The translations under genes and the position numbers were made by a program. The notes beneath the pieces were generated by a model, which saw only the letters and a program-made list of their open reading frames with translations, was not told where the DNA came from and ran no database searches. Of a stretch of 64,000 nt of DNA, positions 28,221 through 38,809 are shown in pieces; position 1 is the first letter of the stretch, and the number at the start of each line of letters is the position of its first letter. The stretch is taken from assembly GCA_022800625.1 (NCBI GenBank), contig JAAWQR010000001.1:151786-215785 (forward strand), given 5' to 3'. The DNA comes from Clostridiales bacterium (GTDB lineage Bacteria > Bacillota > Clostridia > Oscillospirales > CAG-272).

Positions 28221-29118
28221 ACCTGTCAGCGCCGTAGCCTCGTGCGACATAATAACGCGGAATCGTCAGGCTTTGATATTCAGGCGTAGATGTAGGAGAT
28301 TTTGTAGTATATGCGAAATCGAACATCTCACCTACCACCGACACTATATCGGCATTGAACGAGCCGCCCGGATAAGCCATTGCACGAACCGGTTTTCCCG
28401 TAAGCGCCGTGATCTTTTCTGCAGATTCTGCAAGCTCTGCTCTGAGCATGTCGGCGCTCTCGTTTTTCAAATCGTTATGATGCGCAGTGTGACTTTGAAA
28501 TGAAACAAGACCCGAAGCTGCCATCTCACGAATTTGATCTTCATTCATATAACCTGAAGTACCTATCATATCGGTTATCAAAAAAATAGTAGCCTTGGCT
28601 CCGTATTTTTTGAGAATCGGGAACATATTTGTATAGTTATCTTCATATCCGTCGTCAAAGGTAAGCATTACAGAAGGTGTGGACGTCATTCTCCATTCCT
28701 CTGCAAAAAGATACATGTATTCCAATTCATTTAAAAGATTAAGATGTGCTTCAAAATCCTCAGGTCTTACAAACAGAGCTTCAAGATTGTTATAAGGTTC
28801 TTCAAGTATCAGGTGATACATCATCGCCTTCGGTTTATAAATTTGCGGCGCATTCGGATCTTCAGTTACCGATATTGCGCTTTCGGTAGCGGCAGTCACC
28901 GGAATCGGTTCTGTATCGGTAAGCGCTTCGGAATCTGTGCGTCCGACACCTTCGGTTTCAATTGCCGTCGGCTCGGTTCCGCTAACGGTCAGAGACGGCT
29001 CTGAAGATGTTCCATCAGTAACAATTCCGCTGCTGTCTGCTCCGAAAGTGCCTCCTGCACAGGAGCTTAAAAAGATCAGTGAAGCGGAAAGCGTGCAAAG
29101 CATTTTTTTGATACTCAT
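28201..29118 (-). CDS. Lipoprotein CE4 polysaccharide deacetylase
   Basis: LSSC lipobox, Thr/Glu/Pro linker, MYH, TFDDGY, SHTAHH, AYPGG. Confidence 0.88.
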   Translation of the reverse strand: MSIKKMLCTLSASLIFLSSCAGGTFGADSSGIVTDGTSSEPSLTVSGTEPTAIETEGVGRTDSEALTDTEPIPVTAATESAISVTEDPNAPQIYKPKAMMYHLILEEPYNNLEALFVRPEDFEAHLNLLNELEYMYLFAEEWRMTSTPSVMLTFDDGYEDNYTNMFPILKKYGAKATIFLITDMIGTSGYMNEDQIREMAASGLVSFQSHTAHHNDLKNESADMLRAELAESAEKITALTGKPVRAMAYPGGSFNADIVSVVGEMFDFAYTTKSPTSTPEYQSLTIPRYYVARGYGADRFKGFLN

Positions 29119-29145
29119 TTGTTTTATCCTTTCTTCTGCATATTT

Positions 29146-32070
29146 TTATCCGAGTCTTACGGTATTCTCAAACAGATCTCTGTTGTCCGCTATTTTTTTC
29201 TCATTTCCGATAACGCATATGTGATCGCCCTTTAAGCTTTCATCTATCATATCGGCATAACTTTTAAGCTCCGACGCGCTTACATTCAGCATTTCTTCCC
29301 TATTCTTGCATAGCTTTTCATATGAAACATTACTGAGATAAGCATTCATCGAACGGCTCGCTTTCATATACGGAGTCAGCGGTCTGTCTTGCTTTCCGAA
29401 TGTTCCTATGATAAGCTTTGTCAAAGAGCTGTCATCAATATTCGCTCTGCGAAGCCAATCGCCGCATCCTCTGAAAACGTCAAGACTTTCGGCAAGGCAC
29501 GGATCACGGTATGTAGCAAGAGATATGTTTCCGCATATCCCCGAAATCACACATGTATACCCGTATGCTCCGCCTTTCATTCTTATCATCGGATAAAGAT
29601 AATCGTTTTTCAAGAGAGAAGCAAGAACCTGATGCGCGCCGTTTGATTCATATCCTGCATCATATATATTTCCACCCATAGCGACATACTGCACCTCAGC
29701 TGATGTCATAATACCTTCGTTCAATTTTCCGAGAGGCGAGCGCACAACAATTCCGACCACCTCGTTTTTCTCGGGAATCGCATCTGAGAATATTCTCAGC
29801 GCTTTATCCATGTGATTCTCTTTCCCGTCATCAAAAGCAGCGCTTACAATACAACTGTCGCGTGAAATGATTATTTTTGACAGCTCCGCAAGCCTTGCAA
29901 GAATCTTATCTGAGCTTTTATCAAAGCTTTCCAGAAGATGCGCTTGGAACTGATACGATCCGATTCCGTCCGTCATATCCTCGACAGCATCCGCTGCGCT
30001 GAAATAAGCAAGAGAGCGTGCTGATGCGTATTCAGAGCCTGAATAAAGTATATCCCTCTGCTTTTCCGACACAGTTTCAGAGAGAATCTCACGAATTCTT
30101 GATGTATCGTTAAAACATGTTTCGGTCAGTATTTTGCGTACTGTATCAAAGGCTGCATTTGCTTTTTCGGCAAACATTTTTAATGAAACCGTAAAGTAAA
30201 CCTTAAAATTATTCTTCCCGTGTTTTTTACTCGTTATAACATTAAGTGAAAAACCACCAGTATTTATTCGTATCTCATCAAGCAAGTCCTTATAGCTTTC
30301 GCTTACAGTATCCGCTTTTCCGTAAATATCCGATAGTAAATCAACATAAGGCATATCCTCAGTCGGAACGTGCGACAGATCAAAGAAAAGCTTAACGTAA
30401 CAAAGTCCGTTTGTCGGAATATCGTGGATAACAGCACGCATACCTCCGAGCATTCCATCTCTGTTATATATAGGTTGAGGAAGCGTCGCAATATCACTTT
30501 TGGAAAGAGTCGGAATGCACTTCAGTTCTTCTTCACTCTCTTCTCTGTCCTGATATTCTGTAAGCTTTTCAAAATCACGTTTAACTTCAGTATACTTATC
30601 CTTCATCGGAAGAAGTTTTTTTCGCAGTTCTTCCGCATTTTCTTCATTAAGACCTGCCTTGGGCACAAGACAAAGCTGTGCGGAATGTTCAAAGTTCAGC
30701 ATATCCTCGAGCAGACGTTCAAAATAATCTGTTTTCGCATATGATCGAAGAGTATCAAATATCTCGGAGACTCTCAAATATCTGAAAGGATCTTCCTCCG
30801 AGTAAAGCCAGCTTTGCATCATTGATGACATTAACGCAAGTCCATGAGAAGCCGTACTTTGTTCTCCCTCTCTGTATCTGAAATCGCTTCGTTCAATCGC
30901 CGCAAGAAGCGATTTTTTACTTACGCCGTTATTCACAGCGTCGCGAATTACAGAGGTTATAACCTCTATAAACTTATTCTCTTTTTCAGGCTCTGTTCCT
31001 TTTGCGATGACCGTAAAAACAGGAGTTCTCATATGATTGATCATGCCGCCGTAGATTTCCTGACCTATCCCCGCTTCTGTAAGAGCTGTCTTAACAGGAG
31101 CTCCTGGTGCTTCCACCAATATATCGGAAAGAAAGTCCCACGCATAGCACTCAACGGGATCGAGAGAATCCGCACAAACAGCTCCAAAGGCAAGATAAGT
31201 TTTGTTTTCCGACGATTCCTCTATTGAAATCGGATAATATTTTGTGTCCTTCTCGATATCCCCCTGCCCGAACGGCTTCTGCATCTCAATAGCCGAATCT
31301 ATATGGATCTCATCAAAGCGAGACAGATATTCCCTATCCATAAATGTCAGCCGCTCTTTAACGTCAAGATTTCCGTACAACATAATATACGCATTTGACG
31401 GATGATAATACTTTCTGTAAAAATTCAGAAAATCTTCGTATGACAGATCAATAATACTGCCGGGTTCGCCGCCTGAGTTTTTTCCGTATGTATTGTCCGG
31501 GAAAAGCGTATATAAAAGCTCATCATATATATCGGAATCGGGCGATGATTTTACTCCTTTCATTTCGCTGTAAACAACTCCGTTTACGGTAACTTCTCCG
31601 TTTTCACCCGGTTCATAGTGCCAGCCTTCCTGCATAAAGATTTCGGGATGTTTAAAAATATTCGGCGCGAAAACGGCGTCCAGATATACATTCATCAAAT
31701 TTACAAAATCACGGTCGTTGCATGAGGAAACGGGATACATAGTTTTATCGGGATATGTCATAGCGTTGAGAAATGTCTGCATAGATCCTTTGAGAAGCTG
31801 CATAAAGGGGTCCTTTACAGGATAGCGCTCAGAGCCGCACAAAACGCTGTGCTCCAAAATATGAGGCTTTCCGCAGTCATCCTCAGGAGGAGTACGAAAT
31901 GCTGCGCAAAACATCTTATTTTCGTCATCATTTGAGATAACGCAAACGCGTGCCCCGCTTTTTTTATGCCGCAAAATAAGTCCGATACTGTTTTTATCAC
32001 TTAAATTTTCACTTTTACAAATTTTATATTCACTCGGTATCTGAGCGGATAAAAGTTCAATATCCATCAT
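29146..32070 (-). CDS. M16C insulinase / presequence-protease-like zinc peptidase
   Basis: HILEH (HxxEH), FLNAMTYPD, NGVVYSEMKG, R.KGGAYG, YRDP. Confidence 0.93.
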   Translation of the reverse strand: MMDIELLSAQIPSEYKICKSENLSDKNSIGLILRHKKSGARVCVISNDDENKMFCAAFRTPPEDDCGKPHILEHSVLCGSERYPVKDPFMQLLKGSMQTFLNAMTYPDKTMYPVSSCNDRDFVNLMNVYLDAVFAPNIFKHPEIFMQEGWHYEPGENGEVTVNGVVYSEMKGVKSSPDSDIYDELLYTLFPDNTYGKNSGGEPGSIIDLSYEDFLNFYRKYYHPSNAYIMLYGNLDVKERLTFMDREYLSRFDEIHIDSAIEMQKPFGQGDIEKDTKYYPISIEESSENKTYLAFGAVCADSLDPVECYAWDFLSDILVEAPGAPVKTALTEAGIGQEIYGGMINHMRTPVFTVIAKGTEPEKENKFIEVITSVIRDAVNNGVSKKSLLAAIERSDFRYREGEQSTASHGLALMSSMMQSWLYSEEDPFRYLRVSEIFDTLRSYAKTDYFERLLEDMLNFEHSAQLCLVPKAGLNEENAEELRKKLLPMKDKYTEVKRDFEKLTEYQDREESEEELKCIPTLSKSDIATLPQPIYNRDGMLGGMRAVIHDIPTNGLCYVKLFFDLSHVPTEDMPYVDLLSDIYGKADTVSESYKDLLDEIRINTGGFSLNVITSKKHGKNNFKVYFTVSLKMFAEKANAAFDTVRKILTETCFNDTSRIREILSETVSEKQRDILYSGSEYASARSLAYFSAADAVEDMTDGIGSYQFQAHLLESFDKSSDKILARLAELSKIIISRDSCIVSAAFDDGKENHMDKALRIFSDAIPEKNEVVGIVVRSPLGKLNEGIMTSAEVQYVAMGGNIYDAGYESNGAHQVLASLLKNDYLYPMIRMKGGAYGYTCVISGICGNISLATYRDPCLAESLDVFRGCGDWLRRANIDDSSLTKLIIGTFGKQDRPLTPYMKASRSMNAYLSNVSYEKLCKNREEMLNVSASELKSYADMIDESLKGDHICVIGNEKKIADNRDLFENTVRLG

Positions 32071-32112
32071 AGTAAATCAATTCACCTTTCTTATTCTCTG
32101 TTCAAAATATCA

Positions 32113-32141
32113 AGTCCATGACGCAGCTTGCGGCATGGACT
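32113..32141 (-). terminator. Hairpin after GH95
   Basis: AGTCCATG.CGCA...TGCG.CATGGACT. Confidence 0.6.
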
Positions 32142-32161
32142 GTGGTAATTTGCAGATTACT

Positions 32162-34429
32162 TTATTTAACCGTAATGACAGTACCGCACGGAATTTTATA
32201 TATTCCGTCACAAGAGTTGTATTCCATACCGTCTGAACCTACAAGAACTGCTCCGAGCTGAGCATCGGGAAGCTCGATTGAAGCCGACTCTTTTGTTGCT
32301 GAGTTCACTGTAAGCGTCGTGATCTCTCCATTATTCCACTCAGCAGAAACAGTGTAGTTTCCGCGTGCGCAAAGTCCCTTGAACGAACCGTCTTTCATCT
32401 CATCGCTTATTGCAGGAAGAAGTGAAATAAATCCTTCGTGGCTTTGCATTACCATTTCGGCGATAGCTGCGCAGCCGCCGAAGTTTCCGTCTATTTGGAA
32501 CGGAGGATGATTGTCAAACATATTATAAAGCGTTGATTTAGTAAACAGCGCTCTGAGGTTTTTATATGCGTCCTTGCCGTTTCTCAATCTTGCAAAATTG
32601 CATATCAGCCATGCGCGGCTCCATCCTGTATGACCTCCGCCTGAAGAAAGTCTGAGTTCAAGAGTTTTTCTGATTGCAGCATAGTACTCAGGTGTTTTTC
32701 TTGTTATCTGAGCCGCAGGATACAAACCGAAGCTGTGTGATATATGTCTGTGACCGGGTTCAAATTCCTCGTAATCTTCGATCCACTCCTGAAGCTGACC
32801 GCGCTTTCCGATCTTCAGTGACGGCATTTTGCTTCTGATATCTGCAGCACGTGCAGCAAGAGATGAATCAAGCTTCAGAATATCTTCACATTCGATATAA
32901 AGGTCAAAAAGTCCTCCGATTATCTCAACGTCCATTGTAGGCGAGATCGCAAGGAATACGCGCTCCTTATTTCCGTCAACATCTACATAGTAGCTGTTTT
33001 CAGGAGAAGTAGACGGACCTGAAAGCATCTCTCCGTTTTCTCCCTCAAACATGGTATCCATAAAGAACACGGCAGAATCTCTTATAAATTCATATGCAGT
33101 GTCCTTAAGGAATGTCTTATCCTCTGTGTACAGATAGTGCTCCCACATATGATAAGCGAGCCATGCTCCGCCGAGCGGCCAAAGTCCCCATATGCCGTCC
33201 GCCGCTGCTGCAAACTGATATATGTCAGCTACATGATGAACAACAGCCCCGCCGACCTCATAATTTTCTTTTGCTACACGGCGTCCTGCGGGTAGCAGGC
33301 AATCGTTCATATATGTAAACAGCGCATTTGCACATTCGGAGATATTCGCGCTCTCAACAGGCCAATAGTTCATTTGGAGATTTATGTTGGTATGGTAGTC
33401 AGCGTTCCACGGAGATTCAAGTCCGTCGCACCAAAGTCCCTGAAGATTTGCAGGATATGTGTCCTCACGGCTTGAAGATACAAGCAGGTATTTACCGAAT
33501 TGGAAATAGAGACTTATCATTTCACGGTCAACCGCGTCCTTATAATCGGTAAGTCTCTTCAGTCTTGCGCCAACGCTCATATTATCAACGCCGTCGTTTC
33601 TGAAATCAATATCCGAGCGCTCCATGATAGCTGAAAAATCTGAGACATGTTCTTTTTTCAGCTCATCGTAACCGACAGCTGCCGCAGAAAGATATTTTGC
33701 AGTTTCCATATTTTCATCACGGAAAGCCGTAACGCATGAAACAAAGATCTCAAGCTTTGAAGCATTATTTACACCGATCCCGTACCAATCCTTGAACAAC
33801 TCTCCGTCGCTTACTATCTTAGCTGTGAATCTGAACTGCTTACCGGAATTTGCCGTAGCGCAAACATAATCCATTACAGCCGTTCCGTCCTGTAATACCT
33901 CGACACTCGTAGAAACTATATTCTCTCTTACATATCGAATCTTTGTTTCAAATTTTTCATCGCATGAAATACGCGTACATACAAGCTTTGCCGGGTGGGA
34001 TGCAAAGCTTTCTCTTTCATAGTGCTTACCGTATTTATCATAGCTGATATTAAGCACACCGCGCATGAGATCAAGATTTCGCTTGTAATTCTCGCACTCT
34101 GAGTCATGATGAAGATCAACATACAACTCGCCTGCCGCCTCATATGATTTTACAACAAAATACTTGTCTTCAAAATTCTCCATTGCCCATTTTTCAGCGA
34201 GATGAGGCTTTCCTTCCATGAAAAGAGAACGGATATGCAGAAGTCCTTCTTTATATCCGGGCGCTTTTGTATCCTGATAATCGCCGTCCCATATTGTTTC
34301 CTCATTATAGGATATTCTTTCGCTTGCGATCTCTCCGTATACGGAAGCGCCTATTGAACCTGCGCCTATCGGAGAAGTATTCTCCCAATTGTGCGCATGA
34401 TTTTTGATTTTAAGTATATATTCTTTCAT
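32162..34429 (-). CDS. GH95 alpha-L-fucosidase-like glycoside hydrolase
   Basis: NLQGLW, YHTNINLQMNYW, SPEN, HRHISH, TGWS, PFQIDGNFG. No signal peptide. Confidence 0.93.
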   Translation of the reverse strand: MKEYILKIKNHAHNWENTSPIGAGSIGASVYGEIASERISYNEETIWDGDYQDTKAPGYKEGLLHIRSLFMEGKPHLAEKWAMENFEDKYFVVKSYEAAGELYVDLHHDSECENYKRNLDLMRGVLNISYDKYGKHYERESFASHPAKLVCTRISCDEKFETKIRYVRENIVSTSVEVLQDGTAVMDYVCATANSGKQFRFTAKIVSDGELFKDWYGIGVNNASKLEIFVSCVTAFRDENMETAKYLSAAAVGYDELKKEHVSDFSAIMERSDIDFRNDGVDNMSVGARLKRLTDYKDAVDREMISLYFQFGKYLLVSSSREDTYPANLQGLWCDGLESPWNADYHTNINLQMNYWPVESANISECANALFTYMNDCLLPAGRRVAKENYEVGGAVVHHVADIYQFAAAADGIWGLWPLGGAWLAYHMWEHYLYTEDKTFLKDTAYEFIRDSAVFFMDTMFEGENGEMLSGPSTSPENSYYVDVDGNKERVFLAISPTMDVEIIGGLFDLYIECEDILKLDSSLAARAADIRSKMPSLKIGKRGQLQEWIEDYEEFEPGHRHISHSFGLYPAAQITRKTPEYYAAIRKTLELRLSSGGGHTGWSRAWLICNFARLRNGKDAYKNLRALFTKSTLYNMFDNHPPFQIDGNFGGCAAIAEMVMQSHEGFISLLPAISDEMKDGSFKGLCARGNYTVSAEWNNGEITTLTVNSATKESASIELPDAQLGAVLVGSDGMEYNSCDGIYKIPCGTVITVK

Positions 34430-34508
34430 AAGTTCAGTGTCGCGCCATCCGCGCGAGCCTCCCAAATAGTATTTTTTCCGTGCAGTTATCTTTTTCTCTG
34501 CTTAGGTT

Positions 34509-34537
34509 ATGATAGCATATTACAGCCATTCTGTCAA
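34509..34537 (-). promoter_or_regulatory. SigmaA promoter of GH95
   Basis: TTGACA-N17-TATCAT with extended TG. Confidence 0.75.
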
Positions 34538-34538
34538 C

Positions 34539-35567
34539 TTATTCTTTAGTATTGGACGGAAGATTTTTTTCTTTCTTCGGCATTATCTCAGAGAGCGGAT
34601 TATTGTTCATTGCAGCCTCCATTCCCTTGTCTGAAACATGAGTATATATCTGTGTTGTGTTCAGCTGTTCATGACCGAGAATATCCTTGAGCACTCTGAT
34701 ATCGACCTTTCCCGTCTGATACATCAGAGTTGCGGCTGTATGGCGGAGCTTGTGAGTCGAATATCCTTTATTGCCGAGTCCTGAGGCATCCAGATATTTA
34801 TAAACCACGTGCTGAACAGTTTTGTTGCTTATCCTTGTCCCTCTTGATGAAATAAACAGCGCTGACTCTCCCGGCTTCGTTTGTGCTGCAAAGCGTACCG
34901 ACATATAATCTCCGAGAGCTGCTCTGCATGCATCGTTGAGGTATATAATTCTCTCTTTAGAGCCTTTTCCCGTAACTCTGAGAGATCGCATTTCATGATC
35001 AATATCGCGCATATCTATTCCAGCAAGCTCTGATAGGCGCATTCCGCAGTTCAAAAAAAGTGTCAGCATTGCATAATCTCTCTCTCGATTTTTTGATTCA
35101 CGGTCTGATGCGACCGTCTCCAGCAAAATGATACTTTCATCAACGGTCAGGTGCTTAGGCAGCTGTTTTTTAAGCTTAGGGGATTCGATATTAGCCGCGG
35201 GATTATTTTCAAAATAATTTTTCTTTACTGTAAGATATTTATAAAACCCTTTTACGGCAGAGAGTTTTCTTGCTTTTGTTTTGTTGCTGTCTTCTCTCTC
35301 TGTATCTAAATAATACAGAAAATCATATATTTGAGAAGTTGTAACCGCCGCAAAGTCATCTACGGTCAGATGCGAAATATCACATTTTTCAAAGTTTTCG
35401 CCATTGAGCCTGTTTCCACTTGATGACAGAACAAGATATTTTCCGAAAAGTCGGAGGTCGAGCATATATTCGTCAACAGTTTTTTCCGAAAGTCCCTGTA
35501 TTGACTTCTTATATTTTGCAAATTCTATATAAGGTTTCGGAAGGAGCAAAAATTCCTCATATTTCAT
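34539..35567 (-). CDS. Tyrosine recombinase, XerC/XerD-like
   Basis: Full catalytic set: GMRLSE, GKGSKER, HKLRH, LGH, TQIYTH. N-terminal SAM-like domain. Confidence 0.92.
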   Translation of the reverse strand: MKYEEFLLLPKPYIEFAKYKKSIQGLSEKTVDEYMLDLRLFGKYLVLSSSGNRLNGENFEKCDISHLTVDDFAAVTTSQIYDFLYYLDTEREDSNKTKARKLSAVKGFYKYLTVKKNYFENNPAANIESPKLKKQLPKHLTVDESIILLETVASDRESKNRERDYAMLTLFLNCGMRLSELAGIDMRDIDHEMRSLRVTGKGSKERIIYLNDACRAALGDYMSVRFAAQTKPGESALFISSRGTRISNKTVQHVVYKYLDASGLGNKGYSTHKLRHTAATLMYQTGKVDIRVLKDILGHEQLNTTQIYTHVSDKGMEAAMNNNPLSEIMPKKEKNLPSNTKE

Positions 35568-35658
35568 ATTGTAAAAACCTCCCCTGAAAACTCTATAAAT
35601 ATTTTACCACAACGCAAATGTTTTTAATGGATTAAATGTAAACTTTTCGGATAGGTGC

Positions 35659-35687
35659 TTGTGCTCTTAGTGAAAAAGACTTATAAT
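35659..35687 (+). promoter_or_regulatory. SigmaA-like promoter
   Basis: TTGTGC-N17-TATAAT. Confidence 0.55.
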
Positions 35688-35746
35688 AGATTTAATATAA
35701 ACTTTAAGGATTACTCTGCCGCCTCAGCGGCTGAATGGAGATTTTT

Positions 35747-36301
35747 ATGATAGATTTTTTCAAGAAAAACTCGAGAATGATAACCAAATCCCTGCTTAAT
35801 CAATTCGGCGCTGCTGTCCTTGCACTGACCATTACAATCCCCGCCTCAAGTAAAAACTGGCTGCTTGCTTTTATAAGCTGCTTTTCAATAGCATTTTATC
35901 TTATTCTTCTTTATACATCGATGTGGGAAGAGGGCGGAAAAGAAAAAATCCGCATTGACGGAGGCCGTGCAGAATACAGTCCTTGGAGAGGATTCTTTAT
36001 ATCGCTGTGTGCGAATATCCCGAACATACTGCTCGGCGTACTTATTGTGATCGGATCAATATTCGGCTCATCGGGAAGCGCATTCGGCTTCGGCTGGGCT
36101 GCGGCTGTAAATTCAGGAGCTCGCTTTATTGCAATGCTTTGGGAATCGATGTACCTTGGACTGATCACATTATATTCTCCCAACAATCCGATAGGCTTTA
36201 TACTGATTATTCTGCCTGCACTGCTTGTTTCCACTCTCGGATATATGGCAGGTCTTAAAGGTATAAAAATAATAAAGAAGCGTAACGGTAAATCACAATA
36301 A
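35747..36301 (+). CDS. Hypothetical integral membrane protein
   Basis: Several hydrophobic helices and a GGAGA SD. Confidence 0.8.
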   Translation: MIDFFKKNSRMITKSLLNQFGAAVLALTITIPASSKNWLLAFISCFSIAFYLILLYTSMWEEGGKEKIRIDGGRAEYSPWRGFFISLCANIPNILLGVLIVIGSIFGSSGSAFGFGWAAAVNSGARFIAMLWESMYLGLITLYSPNNPIGFILIILPALLVSTLGYMAGLKGIKIIKKRNGKSQ

Positions 36302-36357
36302 TACCATGCCGGGGTCGATATCAGTGGATATCGGCTCCGAATTTTATGTAAAAACAG

Positions 36358-36397
36358 AAAAATCACACTGCATTTTATCGTTTGCAGTGTGATTTTT
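36358..36397. terminator. Bidirectional terminator
   Basis: AAAAATCACACTGCA...TGCAGTGTGATTTTT between convergent genes. Confidence 0.8.
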
Positions 36398-36399
36398 AT

Positions 36400-38649
36400 T
36401 TATTCTTCCGCCCCTTCATCACTTGATGAAGGAGTATAGCTCCATATGCTCTGCGCTCCGTCTAAGTCAAAATGTCTGAGTTCCTCGCCGCCTGCGTTTG
36501 CGGCATCTATATATTTCTGATGAAGTCTTGTCATAACTGTATCCCAAACAAGAAGCGAAGGATTTTCTCTGAATGACTGTAGTGATGAGTTTATATCGTA
36601 TCCAGTCCAAGTCGCTCCGATATAGTATGGCGTATAACCTACAAAATATCTGTCGAAGTCAGCATTTGTAGTACCTGTTTTGCCTGCTACATCCACAGTA
36701 TGTCTTAACTTTGAGGCTACGCCTGTTCCGTTTGACATGACATTTTTCATGATTGCAGTCATAGTTTTGGCAGTATTCTCACTTACCGCAACTTCAGTAT
36801 AATGCGTGTTTTCAAGCACGATGTTTCCCTGGCTGTCCTCAACATACAAATACAGATTCGGCGACTCAAAAAGTCCGTTATTCGGGAACATCGTATATGC
36901 CCCCGCCATTTCCATAACTGTAATACCGTAGTTTAACTGTCCGAGCGAGAGCGCCGCAAGACCTCGGTCCGTGATAACCGATCCGTCAGACAGCTCGCGC
37001 CTATCGATCAAGTTATCGATATGAAGTGTATTCTTCATAAAGTCAAATGATTTATCTATTGTAAGCTTCTGCAAAGTTTTCATAGCAACCGTATTAACAG
37101 AATTTGTAACAGCAGTAGTTATTGTCATATTGCCATGATATCCTTCAGGATAATTCTTCGGGTATCCGACCTTCTCAGTCCATTGCCACGATGTTCCCGC
37201 ACCGTGAACGACCTCGTTATACATAACCGGTCCGTCAAGTTCGATCGATGTCGGAGTTATTAGTCCCGCATCCATTGCGGGAGCATATACCGCGATCGGT
37301 TTAATCGAAGAACCGACAGGACGAACAGCGCCAGTTGCTCTGTTTAAAATCAGGTTAGCATTCTTCTCTCCGCGGCCGCCGACAAGTCCGAGCACATCTC
37401 CCGTATACGGATCTGTGATGACCATTGCGGATTCAGGCTGAAGTCCTCCGCCCGCTTTCGGGAAATATTCGTCATCATTTTCATATACATCCTCAAGGAC
37501 GTCCTGAACCTCGGGATCCAACGGAATGTATATGCTGTATCCCGATGTATATAGTTTTGTACTTGCAACGGCTCGTGTCCAGCCGTATTTCTCCATCAAA
37601 TCATCAATGAGCTTAGTAATGACAGAATCTACATACCAACTGTGGATCGTAAGACCGTCATTAGTCTCTTCTTCCTCTTCAATTTCATCAAAATAGGTTA
37701 TATTGAGTTCTTGTTCCAAGGCTTCCTCATATTCCGCCTCGGAAATACAGCCGTATTCCCTCATAGCATACAGCACAGTTCCGCGGCGAACTTTATTTCC
37801 GTCGGTCTGCTCGTTTCCGTCTGAATCAATATAGGTAAATTCATCATGATAAAGCGGTTCATACCGCGACGGATTTTTTACAATACCCGCAAGAGCTGCA
37901 CATTCGACAAGATTAAGCTCAGACACTTCCTTGCCGAAATATGTGCTTGCCGCCGTTCTGACTCCGTAACAATTATTGCCGAAATATGCGATATTCAGAT
38001 ACATCTCAAGAATTTCTTCTTTGCTGAGCTGTTTTTCAAGATTAAGCGCACGGAATATTTCTTCGACTTTACGCTGTATTGTCACATCATCATCACCCGT
38101 TAAATTTTTAACAAGCTGCTGAGTAATGGTTGACGCTCCGCGTATCTGCTCAAATCCTACGAAATAATTCACAAATGCTTTGGCAGTGCCGAGCCAGTCA
38201 ACCCCGTTATGCGTCATAAATCTATGATCTTCTATTGATATAAAAGCATCCGTCAGCTGTTTAGGCATTGAGCTGTATTCCGCCCAAAGACTGTTTACCG
38301 AGCCGTAAAGTCTTTCGTCTTCCAATTCTATCGGCGTACCGTTTCTTATCTGTCTGTCCTCCATTGAATCATACTTCATATAGTAAATACGTGTGGTCTT
38401 ATCCTGAGCAGCGGAAACAAGCATTGACGAATCAATCTCCAGATCGAGGTCGTTCTTTATATACACGGCAAAGGCTGTGCCTATTATTATTCCGCATATC
38501 ATTCCGATGAGCAAAATCGTCAGGAATATGTTTACAACATATGACAGTACTCTCAGCGCGATCCTGCCTGCTTTTTTGGCGCCGTCATTCTGAATGTCAA
38601 TATTTTTCTCTTTCGGCGGAGAAGCCTTTACTTTTTTATTATCCCTCAT
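36400..38649 (-). CDS. Class A penicillin-binding protein (PBP1A type)
   Basis: EDHRF..HNGVD, GASTITQQL, SSIK, SVN, KTGT. Confidence 0.95.
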   Translation of the reverse strand: MRDNKKVKASPPKEKNIDIQNDGAKKAGRIALRVLSYVVNIFLTILLIGMICGIIIGTAFAVYIKNDLDLEIDSSMLVSAAQDKTTRIYYMKYDSMEDRQIRNGTPIELEDERLYGSVNSLWAEYSSMPKQLTDAFISIEDHRFMTHNGVDWLGTAKAFVNYFVGFEQIRGASTITQQLVKNLTGDDDVTIQRKVEEIFRALNLEKQLSKEEILEMYLNIAYFGNNCYGVRTAASTYFGKEVSELNLVECAALAGIVKNPSRYEPLYHDEFTYIDSDGNEQTDGNKVRRGTVLYAMREYGCISEAEYEEALEQELNITYFDEIEEEEETNDGLTIHSWYVDSVITKLIDDLMEKYGWTRAVASTKLYTSGYSIYIPLDPEVQDVLEDVYENDDEYFPKAGGGLQPESAMVITDPYTGDVLGLVGGRGEKNANLILNRATGAVRPVGSSIKPIAVYAPAMDAGLITPTSIELDGPVMYNEVVHGAGTSWQWTEKVGYPKNYPEGYHGNMTITTAVTNSVNTVAMKTLQKLTIDKSFDFMKNTLHIDNLIDRRELSDGSVITDRGLAALSLGQLNYGITVMEMAGAYTMFPNNGLFESPNLYLYVEDSQGNIVLENTHYTEVAVSENTAKTMTAIMKNVMSNGTGVASKLRHTVDVAGKTGTTNADFDRYFVGYTPYYIGATWTGYDINSSLQSFRENPSLLVWDTVMTRLHQKYIDAANAGGEELRHFDLDGAQSIWSYTPSSSDEGAEE

Positions 38650-38809
38650 TATATCTCCAATCTGCCGCTGTACGGCGAATCATACATATATGTGCGGTAA
38701 TCTTCTTTTTCCTCTTACAGGATTATTTTATACCAATATTTTGAATTTAATATTAACGCATGTATAAATAATCCTAAAATTCGGATTTTCCGGGAACTAT
38801 CATTCTTTT

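Noticed and set aside
34539-35567. Tyrosine recombinase as the integrase of a mobile element
   Set aside because: Flanked by ordinary chromosomal genes. No att repeats, excisionase, relaxase or phage genes seen.
35676-35703. dif-like 28-mer AAGACTTATAA-TAGATT-TAATATAAACT upstream of the Xer-like gene
   Set aside because: AT-rich and overlaps the TATAAT of a promoter. The left arm matches poorly and gene-orientation bias does not switch here.
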